From Candidatus Latescibacterota bacterium (lineage in GTDB: Bacteria > Latescibacterota > UBA2968 > GCA-2709665), in NCBI GenBank assembly GCA_965203805.1, contig OZ241917.1, positions 288,001-352,000 of the forward strand: 64,000 nt of DNA, read 5' to 3'. Positions 47,555 through 58,709 of the stretch are shown here, piece after piece (position 1 is the first letter of the stretch; each line of letters opens with the position of its first letter). A program made the translations under genes and the position numbers. The notes under the pieces are model-generated. The model worked only from the letters and a program-made list of their open reading frames with translations. It was not told the origin of the DNA and did not search any database.

Positions 47555-50286
47555 TCATTAGCTGGATGTTCGGTACTGACGCTTGATACGATTTTCCACG
47601 TCCTGGCGGGTATGGCATCGTACCCGATACCGTCCCGTTTGGTGTAGACGCGTGCCGATCGGTCGTCCGATTCGATGTGAAGGATGGGAAAGCCCGTATC
47701 ATAGGGGCCGCCCCGGACCAGCAGCGTGCCGCCGGCGAGATGCCGTTCGTCCAGCGGCCGGTCGATCCGGTACAGGCTGGTGACGTTGTCCGTGATCACG
47801 TCCGAAATCGTTCCACGCAGGACCGGATCCTGAAGTTCGAGCACGTGGTCGTTCAGCCTGGATGTCGTGCCGCCGATAAGATATGCGAACGTCAGTTTCC
47901 CGTCAGATGTCAGGGAGAATACGGTAACGCGGCCATTCGATTCGAGGGAACCTTCCGGAAAGTCGAAAACAGCGGTTCGACCCTCCCGGCAGACCGCCAC
48001 AAGATCGGTGCCCGATTCATGCGTAACCCGGACACCCACGGCATCACGGTTCCCGGAATCCACGCGCGCCACTGACGTTACGAACGAACGAATACGCGGA
48101 CTGACGTCGAAGAGGCCAAGATAGACGCTGTCGGCAGGGGCGCCGGTCCGGCGGCGGATGACGTAAGGAACGGTCTCCCCGGTCTTGACGTCGTCCCGTG
48201 AGCCGGTGCCCCGTTCGCCCCACCCCGATCCGACAAGCACCTGCTCCCTGCCGTCCGGCAGCGCGTAGGCGGTGAACCGCTGGTCATCCCGGTCGAAGTG
48301 GATGGACCAGGGCGCGTCTGCGCGAGCGGCCGTCACGTTTTCCAGATCGTGCCAGGCGGCGTCGGTCGGTTGCGGCTCCAGTTTGCGGAGTGTTCCTTCC
48401 GCCGCCGGCCCGTGGAACAGATAGTCGTGAACACGGCCGCCGTTGACATGGAAACAGTCGAGCAGATAGCTCCCCGCGGCGCCGTGGTCGATAACTGTGC
48501 ACAGGCGGCGATAGGTGTCGATATCGTAAGCCCGGGAAGAGACCTCGGCCGCCTTTACGGGACCGCCGGTGTCAAACAGGTGCAGGCTGCCGCCCCGGCC
48601 GTCACGCTTCTGTTCCTGCTCGTCGACGATCACGGTGTTGTGCGCGATGGTTCGAACGGTGTTGTACTTGTCGGGCCGGTCCCAGAGGTATCCGAGGTCG
48701 GTCAGGGCTTCGTACCCGTCCTTCCAGTAAACAAGGTTCAGACTGTCCTCGTGGTGATGCCCACCCCAATCGGAGGCGCTCAGAAGGGCGGTACTCGCGC
48801 GTCCGCGTTCGCCGGTGCGCAGGAGGCCGATGCGGAGGGCGGGAAAGAACCGGTCGGTCAGGACGAGGGGCGCCGACGGGTCGGCTTTCAAGTCCGGAGC
48901 GCGGTGGAAGAGGGCGTACTCCCCGCCGTGATTATCCAGATCGAATTCGCACAGTTCCGCGAGGAGGGCGATGTGGTTCGCGCCGCCGTATCGTGCGGCG
49001 ATGATTTCGGCAATGTCGACGGGCATCCTGCACGCGGTCACGTCGTCGGCGATGACGCCATAGCCCAGATCGGGCATGGGACTGGCGACGTATCCCTCCA
49101 GTACGGCCCTGTAACGGCTGTCGCCGTAGATGTCCAGTTCCCGCCGCCGGCGTTCCGGCAAGGCGGAGTCCTCGGGGAAGGAGTACCCATGCGCCGCATC
49201 TGCGAAATGCCGAATGCCGTTGAGCGTCATAAATCCGTAACCGGGCGATTCGGAACTCATACCGTCTTCAAGAAACCAGTCGTAGACGAAATGATCGAAC
49301 CCGTCCAGGCCAAAACGGACGAGATCCGGTTGGTCGAGACAAAGGCCGACAAGGCCCGCGGCAGAGCGGTTGGTGGCGCTCTTGTTATTGAAGTTCGGAT
49401 CCGCGAGCAGAAGGATCGTACTTTCAAGCAGGAGATCGCGTTCGATCTTTCTGCGGACGACCGGAGTGTACACGGGTCGGCCGTCGGCCTCCGCGCCGTG
49501 CGTGAGGTCGTAGGCGACGGTGACGTCGGAGACGAACGTGCCTTCCATGCCCACGCCCGTGGCGCGTCCGGCCATCCAGTATCCCACGTGCAGTTTACGG
49601 TCCGGCCGGTTTGGCGGGACCACAAGTTCCGGACTGGGCAGATCCAGGATATTTCTCGCGGCGACATCCGCCGGCGCGTCCGAGAATTCGCCGTACCCGG
49701 AGTGAACCATATAGCCGGGATAAACCTCGGCGAATCGCAGGAGGATATCCCTGGCGTTTTCGGCGTGCCGGACCTCCTGCGTCAGGACATAGGCCAGCGC
49801 GCACTGACGCGCCATTCGCGCCATATACTCGCATTTGCGGGCACGGATGTTGGCGGTCCATGAAGACACGAAGGGAAACCCGATGAGGTCCCAGTGCCTG
49901 CCTGTGTAATACGTGATTTCCTGACCCCCGCCGAATTCAGTCCTGAACACGACCTCTTCCGGGAAGTCCGAATTGGGGTAGACGGTCCTGCAGGTCGTGC
50001 AGACCAGTTGATCGGGATTCTCCGGTCTCCATTCATAGTGTCCGTGTACCGGGGCCGCTTCGCAGACGGGGCACATGGTAAAGAGTTCGCTGTTTGGCGT
50101 TTCGCGGGGAATCCATCGCTTCAGATCGTCTGCCGTCGTGTCGCGTACTGTGGCCACCGCCTCCAGGAGATTCTCCAGAAATCGCTGCGCCCAGGCGTGG
50201 CGCTGGATGTTTTCGCGGGCGATTTCCAGATCCTGTGTCTTGAACACGGTCCTGGGGTGTCGTTCTGGATTGGTATGGGTCTCCAT
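47551..50286 (-). CDS. Heparinase II/III-like polysaccharide lyase, cytoplasmic, with N-terminal CxxC...CxxC
   Basis: DGMSSESPGY, GHHHEDSLNL, DLGY, AHNTVIVD; CPVC and CTTC; no signal peptide. Confidence 0.8.
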   Translation of the reverse strand: METHTNPERHPRTVFKTQDLEIARENIQRHAWAQRFLENLLEAVATVRDTTADDLKRWIPRETPNSELFTMCPVCEAAPVHGHYEWRPENPDQLVCTTCRTVYPNSDFPEEVVFRTEFGGGQEITYYTGRHWDLIGFPFVSSWTANIRARKCEYMARMARQCALAYVLTQEVRHAENARDILLRFAEVYPGYMVHSGYGEFSDAPADVAARNILDLPSPELVVPPNRPDRKLHVGYWMAGRATGVGMEGTFVSDVTVAYDLTHGAEADGRPVYTPVVRRKIERDLLLESTILLLADPNFNNKSATNRSAAGLVGLCLDQPDLVRFGLDGFDHFVYDWFLEDGMSSESPGYGFMTLNGIRHFADAAHGYSFPEDSALPERRRRELDIYGDSRYRAVLEGYVASPMPDLGYGVIADDVTACRMPVDIAEIIAARYGGANHIALLAELCEFDLDNHGGEYALFHRAPDLKADPSAPLVLTDRFFPALRIGLLRTGERGRASTALLSASDWGGHHHEDSLNLVYWKDGYEALTDLGYLWDRPDKYNTVRTIAHNTVIVDEQEQKRDGRGGSLHLFDTGGPVKAAEVSSRAYDIDTYRRLCTVIDHGAAGSYLLDCFHVNGGRVHDYLFHGPAAEGTLRKLEPQPTDAAWHDLENVTAARADAPWSIHFDRDDQRFTAYALPDGREQVLVGSGWGERGTGSRDDVKTGETVPYVIRRRTGAPADSVYLGLFDVSPRIRSFVTSVARVDSGNRDAVGVRVTHESGTDLVAVCREGRTAVFDFPEGSLESNGRVTVFSLTSDGKLTFAYLIGGTTSRLNDHVLELQDPVLRGTISDVITDNVTSLYRIDRPLDERHLAGGTLLVRGGPYDTGFPILHIESDDRSARVYTKRDGIGYDAIPARTWKIVSSVSTEHPAND

Positions 50287-50400
50287 TTTGCTCTCGCTTC
50301 GCGTCTGACTTCGAACCTCCGGGCGTACCGTCCCGGATGGATTGATGATTTTCGGGATGCGGGTGATCCGGGTCCCGGCGCGCCGTCGCCGTGACGTCTG

Positions 50401-51147
50401 CTATCCGCGCGCCCGCCCCAGATAGTCGGCCGCCCCGGCGGCGATCCAGGGTCCGATATTGGTCAACAGAAAGCGTGCGCCAAGCCCCGTGTACTTCGCC
50501 ACGTTATCGTTTCCGGTCAGGGTGCCTGGCGTGCGTCCCGCGTCCCTGATGCGGGCGAGGGTCTCGTCGACCGTGCGTTGAACGTCGGGATGGTCGTTGT
50601 TTCCGATGTGGCCCATTGAGGCGGCCAGATCCGACGGAGCGACAAAGAAGACATCGATCTGATCTACTTCGAGGATGGGATCCAGGCTCCGAACCGCGGC
50701 GATATCCTCGATGAGCACGACGAGAAGGGTCTCGTCGTTCGCGGCGTGCAGGTAGTCGGGTACGCCATAGCCCTGGCGGCTGGTGAAGAGGCCGCGATTG
50801 CCTGCCGGCGCGAATTTTCCGCCGTCGACCACATTGCGCGCCTCCGCTTCCGTGTTGACGTGGGGAACGACGATGCCCTGTGCGCCCCGGTCCAGTGTGC
50901 GGTATATCAGGGCCTGATCGTTGCGGTTGACCCTGACGATCGAGGTCATTCCCCAGATGTCGCAAGCCCTCGTGAGGTTGCCCAGGTCGGCCGCGTTTAC
51001 GGGGCCGTGTTCTCCTTCCAGCCAGACGCCATCGAAGCCGGTATGGCCGAAGGCGTCGATGTCGTCGGGATGCGTCAGACCGCCTGCAACGCAGGCGATT
51101 CCGCCGTCGGCGAGTACTCGTTTGACTCGGTTGGGTCGGATGGTCAA
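50401..51147 (-). CDS. HpcH/HpaI aldolase family protein
   Basis: GFDGVWLEGEHG, LDRGAQGIVVPHV, GNRG, LIED, FVAPSDL; TTG start with AAGGAG RBS. Confidence 0.9.
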   Translation of the reverse strand: MTIRPNRVKRVLADGGIACVAGGLTHPDDIDAFGHTGFDGVWLEGEHGPVNAADLGNLTRACDIWGMTSIVRVNRNDQALIYRTLDRGAQGIVVPHVNTEAEARNVVDGGKFAPAGNRGLFTSRQGYGVPDYLHAANDETLLVVLIEDIAAVRSLDPILEVDQIDVFFVAPSDLAASMGHIGNNDHPDVQRTVDETLARIRDAGRTPGTLTGNDNVAKYTGLGARFLLTNIGPWIAAGAADYLGRARG

Positions 51148-51223
51148 GGGCGATTCTCCTTTTCGTGTGGACCGTCGGGCCTGCGACAGTTGTAGACCCG
51201 GGCAGGTCTTGCGCGGGGAACGG

Positions 51224-51988
51224 TTAGAGATCGATACTGACGGGGGCATGGTCCGAAACGGTCAGCCCGGACCGGCGGTGTACGGTGGCGGTACGGAAAC
51301 GTCCGGCGACCGCGGCATTGCCGAGCAGGTAGTCGATTCGCCAGCCCCGATCCAGTTCGCGGGCCCTCCCGCGATTGGACCACCACGAATAGGGCCCCTG
51401 CACGTCTCCGAAATGCTGCCGGACCAGGTCGTTCCAGCCCGCAGCCAGCAGGTCGGTCATCCACTGCCTTTCGTGGGGCAGGAATCCCGAGTTCTTTTCG
51501 TTCCCTTTAGCATAGAATATGTCTTTCTCCGTGTGAGCGATGTTGAAGTCGCCGCCAAGAATCACGGGCTCGTCCGGTTTCGTGTATTGCCTTGACCAGG
51601 GCAGAAACCTGGCCATCCAGTGTTCTTCCTTGATCTCTTGTCGGGCCTGGCTGGATGAGCCGGAGGGAAGGTAGACGTTGACCACCCGGACACCGTTTAT
51701 CCGCGCCTGAAGGATGCGTCCTTCCGGATCGGACTCGTGGATCCCCTTGCCGAGGATCTCGATCCGGTGACGGGACCAGATCGCAACTCCGGAATACCCC
51801 TTGCGTTCCGCGGGATGCCAGTGGACATGCCAGCCGCGCGGATTCATCCACCGACCGGGAAGCTGCTCGGGCATCGCACGGACTTCCTGGAGGAGGAGCA
51901 CGTCCGGCGCGATTCGGCGGACGTGTCGGGCAAAGCCCTTGCGCAGTGCGGCGCGGAGGCCGTTCACGTTCCAGGTGGTAATTCGCAT
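51224..51988 (-). CDS. xth: Exodeoxyribonuclease III / AP endonuclease
   Basis: TWNVNGLRA, LQE, KGYSGVA, GDFNIAH, YSWWS, GWRIDY, SDHAP. Confidence 0.95.
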   Translation of the reverse strand: MRITTWNVNGLRAALRKGFARHVRRIAPDVLLLQEVRAMPEQLPGRWMNPRGWHVHWHPAERKGYSGVAIWSRHRIEILGKGIHESDPEGRILQARINGVRVVNVYLPSGSSSQARQEIKEEHWMARFLPWSRQYTKPDEPVILGGDFNIAHTEKDIFYAKGNEKNSGFLPHERQWMTDLLAAGWNDLVRQHFGDVQGPYSWWSNRGRARELDRGWRIDYLLGNAAVAGRFRTATVHRRSGLTVSDHAPVSIDL

Positions 51989-52039
51989 AGGCCGGATGGG
52001 TCTGAGACCATTGTGGGTATGCCCGCGGCGGGCGCGGCT

Positions 52040-53911
52040 TTAGAACAGGGCCGAGTCGACGCTGAGTGCGTGGTTCGGGGTGGAGACGGTGATCCGGCCG
52101 TCGGCGTGTCGCAACGCCACTTCTGCCGTGTCGCAGCCAATGCCGAAGGCAACGGCGAACCTGGCGCGTCCGGGTTTCAACTCTGTCTCCATCTTGAGAT
52201 ATCCGACCTCCAGACTCTCGGCGTCGCCGTGCCCGGGTTTCAGATCCCGGTGCCTTCCTGTCGCGAATACGGCGTCCGAAGGGGTCAGCAGCCGGGCGTT
52301 CACAACAGAATCTGCTGCCGCGATCAAGGCCGAAGAACCCGAAACCTGTGCCTTCCCGGAATAGTGAATTCGGGATTCCATTCGTGTCGTGTCCGTTACT
52401 TCGATCTCGTCGACGACGATAAAAAGCGCGGGTCGCAGGAAGACGTAATGACGGACAAAGACCGGCAGTTTGTCGATTCCGTAAGCCGGGGCAATGGAAG
52501 CCTGGAGGTAATCGTGTGCGCCGGTAAATTCGACCTTCTCCACGGTTCCGACGAGGCGTCGTTCATCGGGTTGACCCTGCCCGTCGAAAAGCGGCAGATT
52601 GTGACCGTGGGTCGATTTGAAGATCCATTCGCCGGGGTCCCCGTAGCGCCCGATGCCCAGTTCGCGCACGACGGTCCTTTGACCGGCGTGGATTATATAG
52701 TTACCGACGTCGGCGTGGCCGTGCGGCTCGACCGTCGCGCCGATCTTCAGCGCCAGGACCGGGGCGTCGGGATCCTCCCATGACCCTCGCATGACGCACC
52801 AGCCGGCATCGGGAAAGTAGGCCGATGGGTGGGGAGGGGCGGGGAGTTCCGAGACGGTCCCGGACGCGTCCCAGAGAAGCTCCGCCAGTTTGATGGACGG
52901 CCGGCGATCGGTTGTGAGCCGGTCGAAGAACGCCGCGGCACGGTGGTCAAATTCCATCGCGAATTTGCGGAAGGCCATCCCCTCGGGGAAGTGTTTGCCG
53001 CAGTCCGCGAAATTGACCACACGGTCGGGCGGGAGAAAGCAGTTGATGGGAAAGTCGACCGTTTTTTCGAGTTTGGGATGATCGTAGAGGTTGACTTGCC
53101 CGCGGGTGAGCCGCCTGAGTGCGTCGGAGAAGGGAAAGGATGTACTGATGCCGTAATTCCAGTATCCCGGACCCTCTTTCCAGGAGCCGTCGTTCTGAAT
53201 GGCGTCGTAGAATTTCGTGACGCGTTCGACGCACTCCCGAACAACGCCGAGCATGGCTTCGCGAGGGTGAATTCCCGTCCGAAGATGGACGTGCTTTGCG
53301 TCGAGCAGCGCCAGGGCGCACAGGCCCATGTTGGAGACGCACACGGAACACCAGTTGCTGTCGTATCTCGACGCCCAGAAGTGGTGTTGCATGCCCCCGA
53401 TGCAATGGCCCAGTCCGCGCGCGAAGATCATGAATTCGAGCTCGCGGCGCTGATTTTCGGAAAGCGCATCGTAGAGCAGGTCGTACGCGGCCGCGAAACT
53501 GGTACAGGTATGGCTGCCGTCCAGATCCAGAAGCATGAATTCGTGGACCGGGTGGACCCACGAAGGCCAGCTCATGATTGAAGCGAGCCCTTCCCAGGCC
53601 TTTTCGAAGTAGGCCGGATTCCGGTCGACCGTATAGGCCAGTACATAGTCTTCCAGGAGGTTCCGGGCCTCGGCGGACAGCCGGCTGTATGATTCCCAGA
53701 CGCCGTTCCGGTAGCTTTCCTCTCTGGGCGGCGGCACGGGAAACGGTTGATCCAGTCGGGCGTCGAGTCGCTCGCGCGTCTGTGTGTAAACCTCTGCGTG
53801 GGAACCGTCCAGGCAGCGTTCGCGAATGCTGTCGAGGTCGGAAGGTGAGAAGAAGAGGTAGGGATGTTCCAGCGTTTCGGGAATGAGACGGTCGACGTCG
53901 GGAACGGTCAT
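52040..53911 (-). CDS. Heparinase II/III-like / oligo-alginate lyase-like protein, cytoplasmic
   Basis: HPYLFF, SNW, DGSWKEGPGYWNYG, NFAD, HGHADVG, HGHN; AGGAG RBS. Confidence 0.8.
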   Translation of the reverse strand: MTVPDVDRLIPETLEHPYLFFSPSDLDSIRERCLDGSHAEVYTQTRERLDARLDQPFPVPPPREESYRNGVWESYSRLSAEARNLLEDYVLAYTVDRNPAYFEKAWEGLASIMSWPSWVHPVHEFMLLDLDGSHTCTSFAAAYDLLYDALSENQRRELEFMIFARGLGHCIGGMQHHFWASRYDSNWCSVCVSNMGLCALALLDAKHVHLRTGIHPREAMLGVVRECVERVTKFYDAIQNDGSWKEGPGYWNYGISTSFPFSDALRRLTRGQVNLYDHPKLEKTVDFPINCFLPPDRVVNFADCGKHFPEGMAFRKFAMEFDHRAAAFFDRLTTDRRPSIKLAELLWDASGTVSELPAPPHPSAYFPDAGWCVMRGSWEDPDAPVLALKIGATVEPHGHADVGNYIIHAGQRTVVRELGIGRYGDPGEWIFKSTHGHNLPLFDGQGQPDERRLVGTVEKVEFTGAHDYLQASIAPAYGIDKLPVFVRHYVFLRPALFIVVDEIEVTDTTRMESRIHYSGKAQVSGSSALIAAADSVVNARLLTPSDAVFATGRHRDLKPGHGDAESLEVGYLKMETELKPGRARFAVAFGIGCDTAEVALRHADGRITVSTPNHALSVDSALF

Positions 53912-54001
53912 TGAAGCTCCTGAATGCCGGGAACCGGACAAGAACCCGGGGGCGCCGCCAGCTCCGGGTCCGGCGTTTCACTCTTCGCGGTTTCGTGCGC
54001 C

Positions 54002-54030
54002 AATATAGCGATCGGGCAGTTGGGGGTCAA
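54002..54030 (-). promoter_or_regulatory. Putative sigma70 promoter for the lyase-xth-aldolase-lyase cluster
   Basis: Minus strand TTGACC-17 bp-TATATT. Confidence 0.65.
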
Positions 54031-54117
54031 GGAGATGTGTTGGAGGGAAGGGTGTTCCGTCGCGGAAAAAGGTTGCCCGAACGATGAGATATTTCAGGGA
54101 CAGGGCACATTCGTCCG

Positions 54118-54993
54118 CTAGGCGAGCTTGCGGGCCAGCAGAACGCGTTCCGTTCCCGTCAGGTCGGGGACAGTCCGTTCATGGCTGAGTCCGGGGGCAT
54201 CCGCCAGCAGGTCTGCCGCGCGCGCCGCAGCCCCGCCGGCCACTTCGAGAGCCAGCCAGCCGCCCTTGCAGAGGAGCGCCGGCGCCCGCGCGATGATCGA
54301 GCGGTGGAAGGCCAGCCCGTCCGGGCCGCCGTCAAGTGCGAGCGGCGGGTCGAAGCATCGGACTTCGGGCTGAAGGGTCCGCATGTCGCGGGATGCGACG
54401 TACGGTGGGTTTGAGACAATCGCGTGGAATACGGCCCGGGTTCGGAACGCGGAAAGGAGGTCTGCACAGACGAAGGCGATCCGGCGCCCGACGGCATTGC
54501 GGCGGGCGTTTCGGACAGCAAGGCGCAGGGCTTTCGGGGAAACGTCTGCGGCCACGAGGCGGCTTCGCGGCAGTGCATGCGCGAGCGCGACGGCGATGGG
54601 ACCGGCGCCGGTGCCAATATCCAGAATGCGTGCTCCGGTGCCGGCATCCAGGCAATCGACAAGCGTTTCTATCAGAATTTCGGTTTCGGGCCGGGGAATG
54701 AGCGCGTCAGGGCCGACGTGAAACGGCAGGGAGAAGAATTCGGTCTCGCCCAGCAGGTGCTGCAGCGGCACACGCATGCGCCGTCGGCGAACATGGTCAT
54801 GAAGGCGTGTATGCTGACCCGGTGTCAGCCGGGCGCGCGCATTCGCGTAGATGCCGGATCGGCCGGTCTTCAGAACCGCGGCGAGCAGCCACTCGGCGTC
54901 CGCGCGAGGATCCGGCACACCGGCCTCCGCCAGGCTGCGCTCCACGCTGGCGAGGACGTCGGAGATGGTAGGCGGCGTGATACGTTCGGCCAT
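54118..54993 (-). CDS. prmC: Release factor glutamine methyltransferase
   Basis: PLQHLLG, LIPRPETE, LDIGTGAG, VSNPPY, ALDGG; follows prfA. Confidence 0.94.
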   Translation of the reverse strand: MAERITPPTISDVLASVERSLAEAGVPDPRADAEWLLAAVLKTGRSGIYANARARLTPGQHTRLHDHVRRRRMRVPLQHLLGETEFFSLPFHVGPDALIPRPETEILIETLVDCLDAGTGARILDIGTGAGPIAVALAHALPRSRLVAADVSPKALRLAVRNARRNAVGRRIAFVCADLLSAFRTRAVFHAIVSNPPYVASRDMRTLQPEVRCFDPPLALDGGPDGLAFHRSIIARAPALLCKGGWLALEVAGGAAARAADLLADAPGLSHERTVPDLTGTERVLLARKLA

Positions 54994-55028
54994 GTTCTTC
55001 CCGTCGAAGCCCCCGGACCGGGCCGGCA

Positions 55029-56117
55029 TCAGGAGGAAATGGCGGTATTCTGTTCGATGTCTTTGATTTTTTCGGTATGGTCGGCCAGGCGCAGGGCGTT
55101 GATGATCTCGTCCAGGTCGCCCCCGAGCGTCTCTTCGAGCTTGTGCAATGTCAGCTTGATCCGGTGGTCGGTCACCCGGCCCTGGGGAAAATTGTAGGTG
55201 CGGATCTTTGCGCTGCGGTCCCCGGTGCCCACCTGAGCCCGCCGGTTTCGTGACGTGGTGTCCCGCTGCTCCTGCACGGCGCGGTCCAGGAGCCGGGCGC
55301 GTAGGACCTTGATCGCTTTGGCCTTGTTCTTGTGCTGGGACTTCTCGTCCTGGCACTGTACGATCAGGCCGGTGGGCAGGTGCGTAATACGGACGGCGGA
55401 ATCTGTCGTATTGACGCTCTGGCCTCCCGGCCCCGAGGAACGGTAGACGTCGACGCGTATCTCTTCCGGATTGATTGCGATATCCACTTCTTCCGCCTCC
55501 GGAAGGACAGCAACCGTGGAAGTGGACGTGTGGATGCGCCCGCTGGATTCGGTCTCGGGAATCCGCTGCACCCGGTGGACGCCGCTTTCGTACTTCAGAT
55601 TGCCGTAGACGTCGTTTCCGCCAACCGAGAAGATGACCTCCTTGAACCCGCCGATGCCCGTCGGGTTGGCGCTGAGGAGTTCGGCTCGCCACCCCTTCGA
55701 TTCGGAGTAGCGGGTGTACATCCTGTACAGGTCGGCGGCAAACAGGGCCGCCTCGTCGCCCCCGGCGCCGGCGCGAATCTCCACGATCGTGTTTTTGCTG
55801 TCATTGGGGTCCCTGGGGATCAGGAGGAATTGAAGCCTCCCGGAGAGTCTGGCTTCATCCTGCTCGAGTTCGGCGTGTTCCTCCCGGGCGATTTCAACAA
55901 GCTCGGCGTCGTTCGAGTCGCGGATGATTTCTCCTGCTTCCTCCAGGTTCGCCGCGACTTGCCGGTATTCGCGATAGGTGTTGACGATTTCTTCCAGGCC
56001 GCGAAACGTCATCGTGAGTTCCCTGAATCTGTTGGGATTGGCAGCAACTTCGGGCCGCGCCATTTCCGCACGGATCTCATCGAAACGTTTTTCCACGTCA
56101 GACAGTTGACCGAACAT
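55029..56117 (-). CDS. prfA: Peptide chain release factor 1
   Basis: [34 protein letters not shown]. Confidence 0.97.
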   Translation of the reverse strand: MFGQLSDVEKRFDEIRAEMARPEVAANPNRFRELTMTFRGLEEIVNTYREYRQVAANLEEAGEIIRDSNDAELVEIAREEHAELEQDEARLSGRLQFLLIPRDPNDSKNTIVEIRAGAGGDEAALFAADLYRMYTRYSESKGWRAELLSANPTGIGGFKEVIFSVGGNDVYGNLKYESGVHRVQRIPETESSGRIHTSTSTVAVLPEAEEVDIAINPEEIRVDVYRSSGPGGQSVNTTDSAVRITHLPTGLIVQCQDEKSQHKNKAKAIKVLRARLLDRAVQEQRDTTSRNRRAQVGTGDRSAKIRTYNFPQGRVTDHRIKLTLHKLEETLGGDLDEIINALRLADHTEKIKDIEQNTAISS

Positions 56118-56250
56118 GCAACTCCCTCGTCTGTTTTACATACGGCAGGGCTGCAACCTCACGACTGAAAATAAAAAAGGCGAAGCGGTACGCGCGTCCA
56201 CCGGCGGGTGGACGTTGCCGTTTCACCTGGTTCTCCAAAAACACGGATTG

Positions 56251-56508
56251 CTAATCCACGGCGGCTTCCGGCGCTTTCGTGGATTCCGGTTCCTCGCCTG
56301 CTTCCGCGTCGTTTATATTGTACCGCCGCCGGTATCGCTCCACCATACCCGCGGTGTCCACCAGTCGCTGCTTGCCCGTGTAAAACGGATGACATCTGGA
56401 GCAGATGTCCACCCGAAGGCCGGGCACGGTCGCCTGGGTCGTCAGCGTATTTCCACAGGCGCAGGTGATGGTGGTTTCGACGTAATCGGGATGAATATTC
56501 GGTTTCAC
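56251..56508 (-). CDS. rpmE: 50S ribosomal protein L31 (zinc-binding type)
   Basis: [27 protein letters not shown]. Confidence 0.96.
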   Translation of the reverse strand: MKPNIHPDYVETTITCACGNTLTTQATVPGLRVDICSRCHPFYTGKQRLVDTAGMVERYRRRYNINDAEAGEEPESTKAPEAAVD

Positions 56509-56559
56509 CGGGTAAGCGTCCTCTGATTCGTAGAAGTCGAAGATGAACTCGAAAATCCA

Positions 56560-56588
56560 AATATATATAAATCAGAATCGGTACGCAA
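56560..56588 (-). promoter_or_regulatory. Putative sigma70 promoter for rpmE-prfA-prmC
   Basis: Minus strand TTGCGT-17 bp-TATATT. Confidence 0.6.
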
Positions 56589-56679
56589 GATTTTAACCCT
56601 CTAGCGGCGCCGCCGTATTGCAGGCGGCGGCCTTCCGCGGATGCGATCCGCCCGGCGGGAAGGCGCCGGACGGACGGCT

Positions 56680-57987
<1,308 letters not shown>

Positions 57988-58217
57988 TGGCGGATCCAAT
58001 TTGCTGAAGTTGCCGACTCTGGGATACGGACGGTTGATCTCTCGGGGATTCCGGCCGGATTCGGCCCGCCGGAGAGACCGGCGGAAATATGGATCGGATT
58101 TGTCTGACAAATGGAGGCGGATCGAGGAAGTCCGGGTAACCAGGGATGCCTGAAGCGAGGAGCCGTCTGGTTGTGTGCGATGAAAAAGTGGGAAGGAAGT
58201 TGAGGAATACCACCGAA

Positions 58218-58246
58218 AAAGTAAACCAAGACGTGAGCATTGTCAA
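58218..58246 (-). promoter_or_regulatory. Putative sigma70 promoter for rho
   Basis: Minus strand TTGACA-17 bp-TACTTT with an upstream A-tract. Confidence 0.65.
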
Positions 58247-58709
58247 GTTTTTTCTTTATTTTTTCTAAAGATAGAGAAAATGACACCCGATTGTCACCCG
58301 GGATCGTACCCTTGTTGGAGCGACCGAAACGGACCCGAAAACAGCCGGGCCGTACGACGCCGTTTGCGTTCTTCGCCTCCGGGGCTCCCGGATTCCACGC
58401 ATGGCCGTGTCGTACAGGGAGCGTTCGTCTTCGAGGTCGAAACCGACGAGGACCAGATTCAGACGTCCTGTGTCTGAATCGCCATACGCGTGAAAGCCAA
58501 TTCGCGTTTTAACTCGTTCCTGCCGAGCAAGTTGTGCGCATTAACCGTGGCGCCGGACCGGGCGGGCTCATTCGGTGGCGCCCGGCCGGGTCATCGGTCG
58601 GACCGGGCCGTTCTGACGGAGAATCGGTCTTGCCTTTTGGGGATGGGATTCATAGGTTACCATCCCGTTGTTAAAGTCGATCCGGGCTGCGTCCGACCGG
58701 AGAGCCGTC

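Noticed and set aside
54994-55692. Apparent 524-aa PrmC with long N-terminal extension or prfA-prmC frameshift fusion
   Set aside because: The extension is an off-frame overlap with prfA and looks non-protein-like; PrmC homology starts near 54993, and I saw no slippery site.
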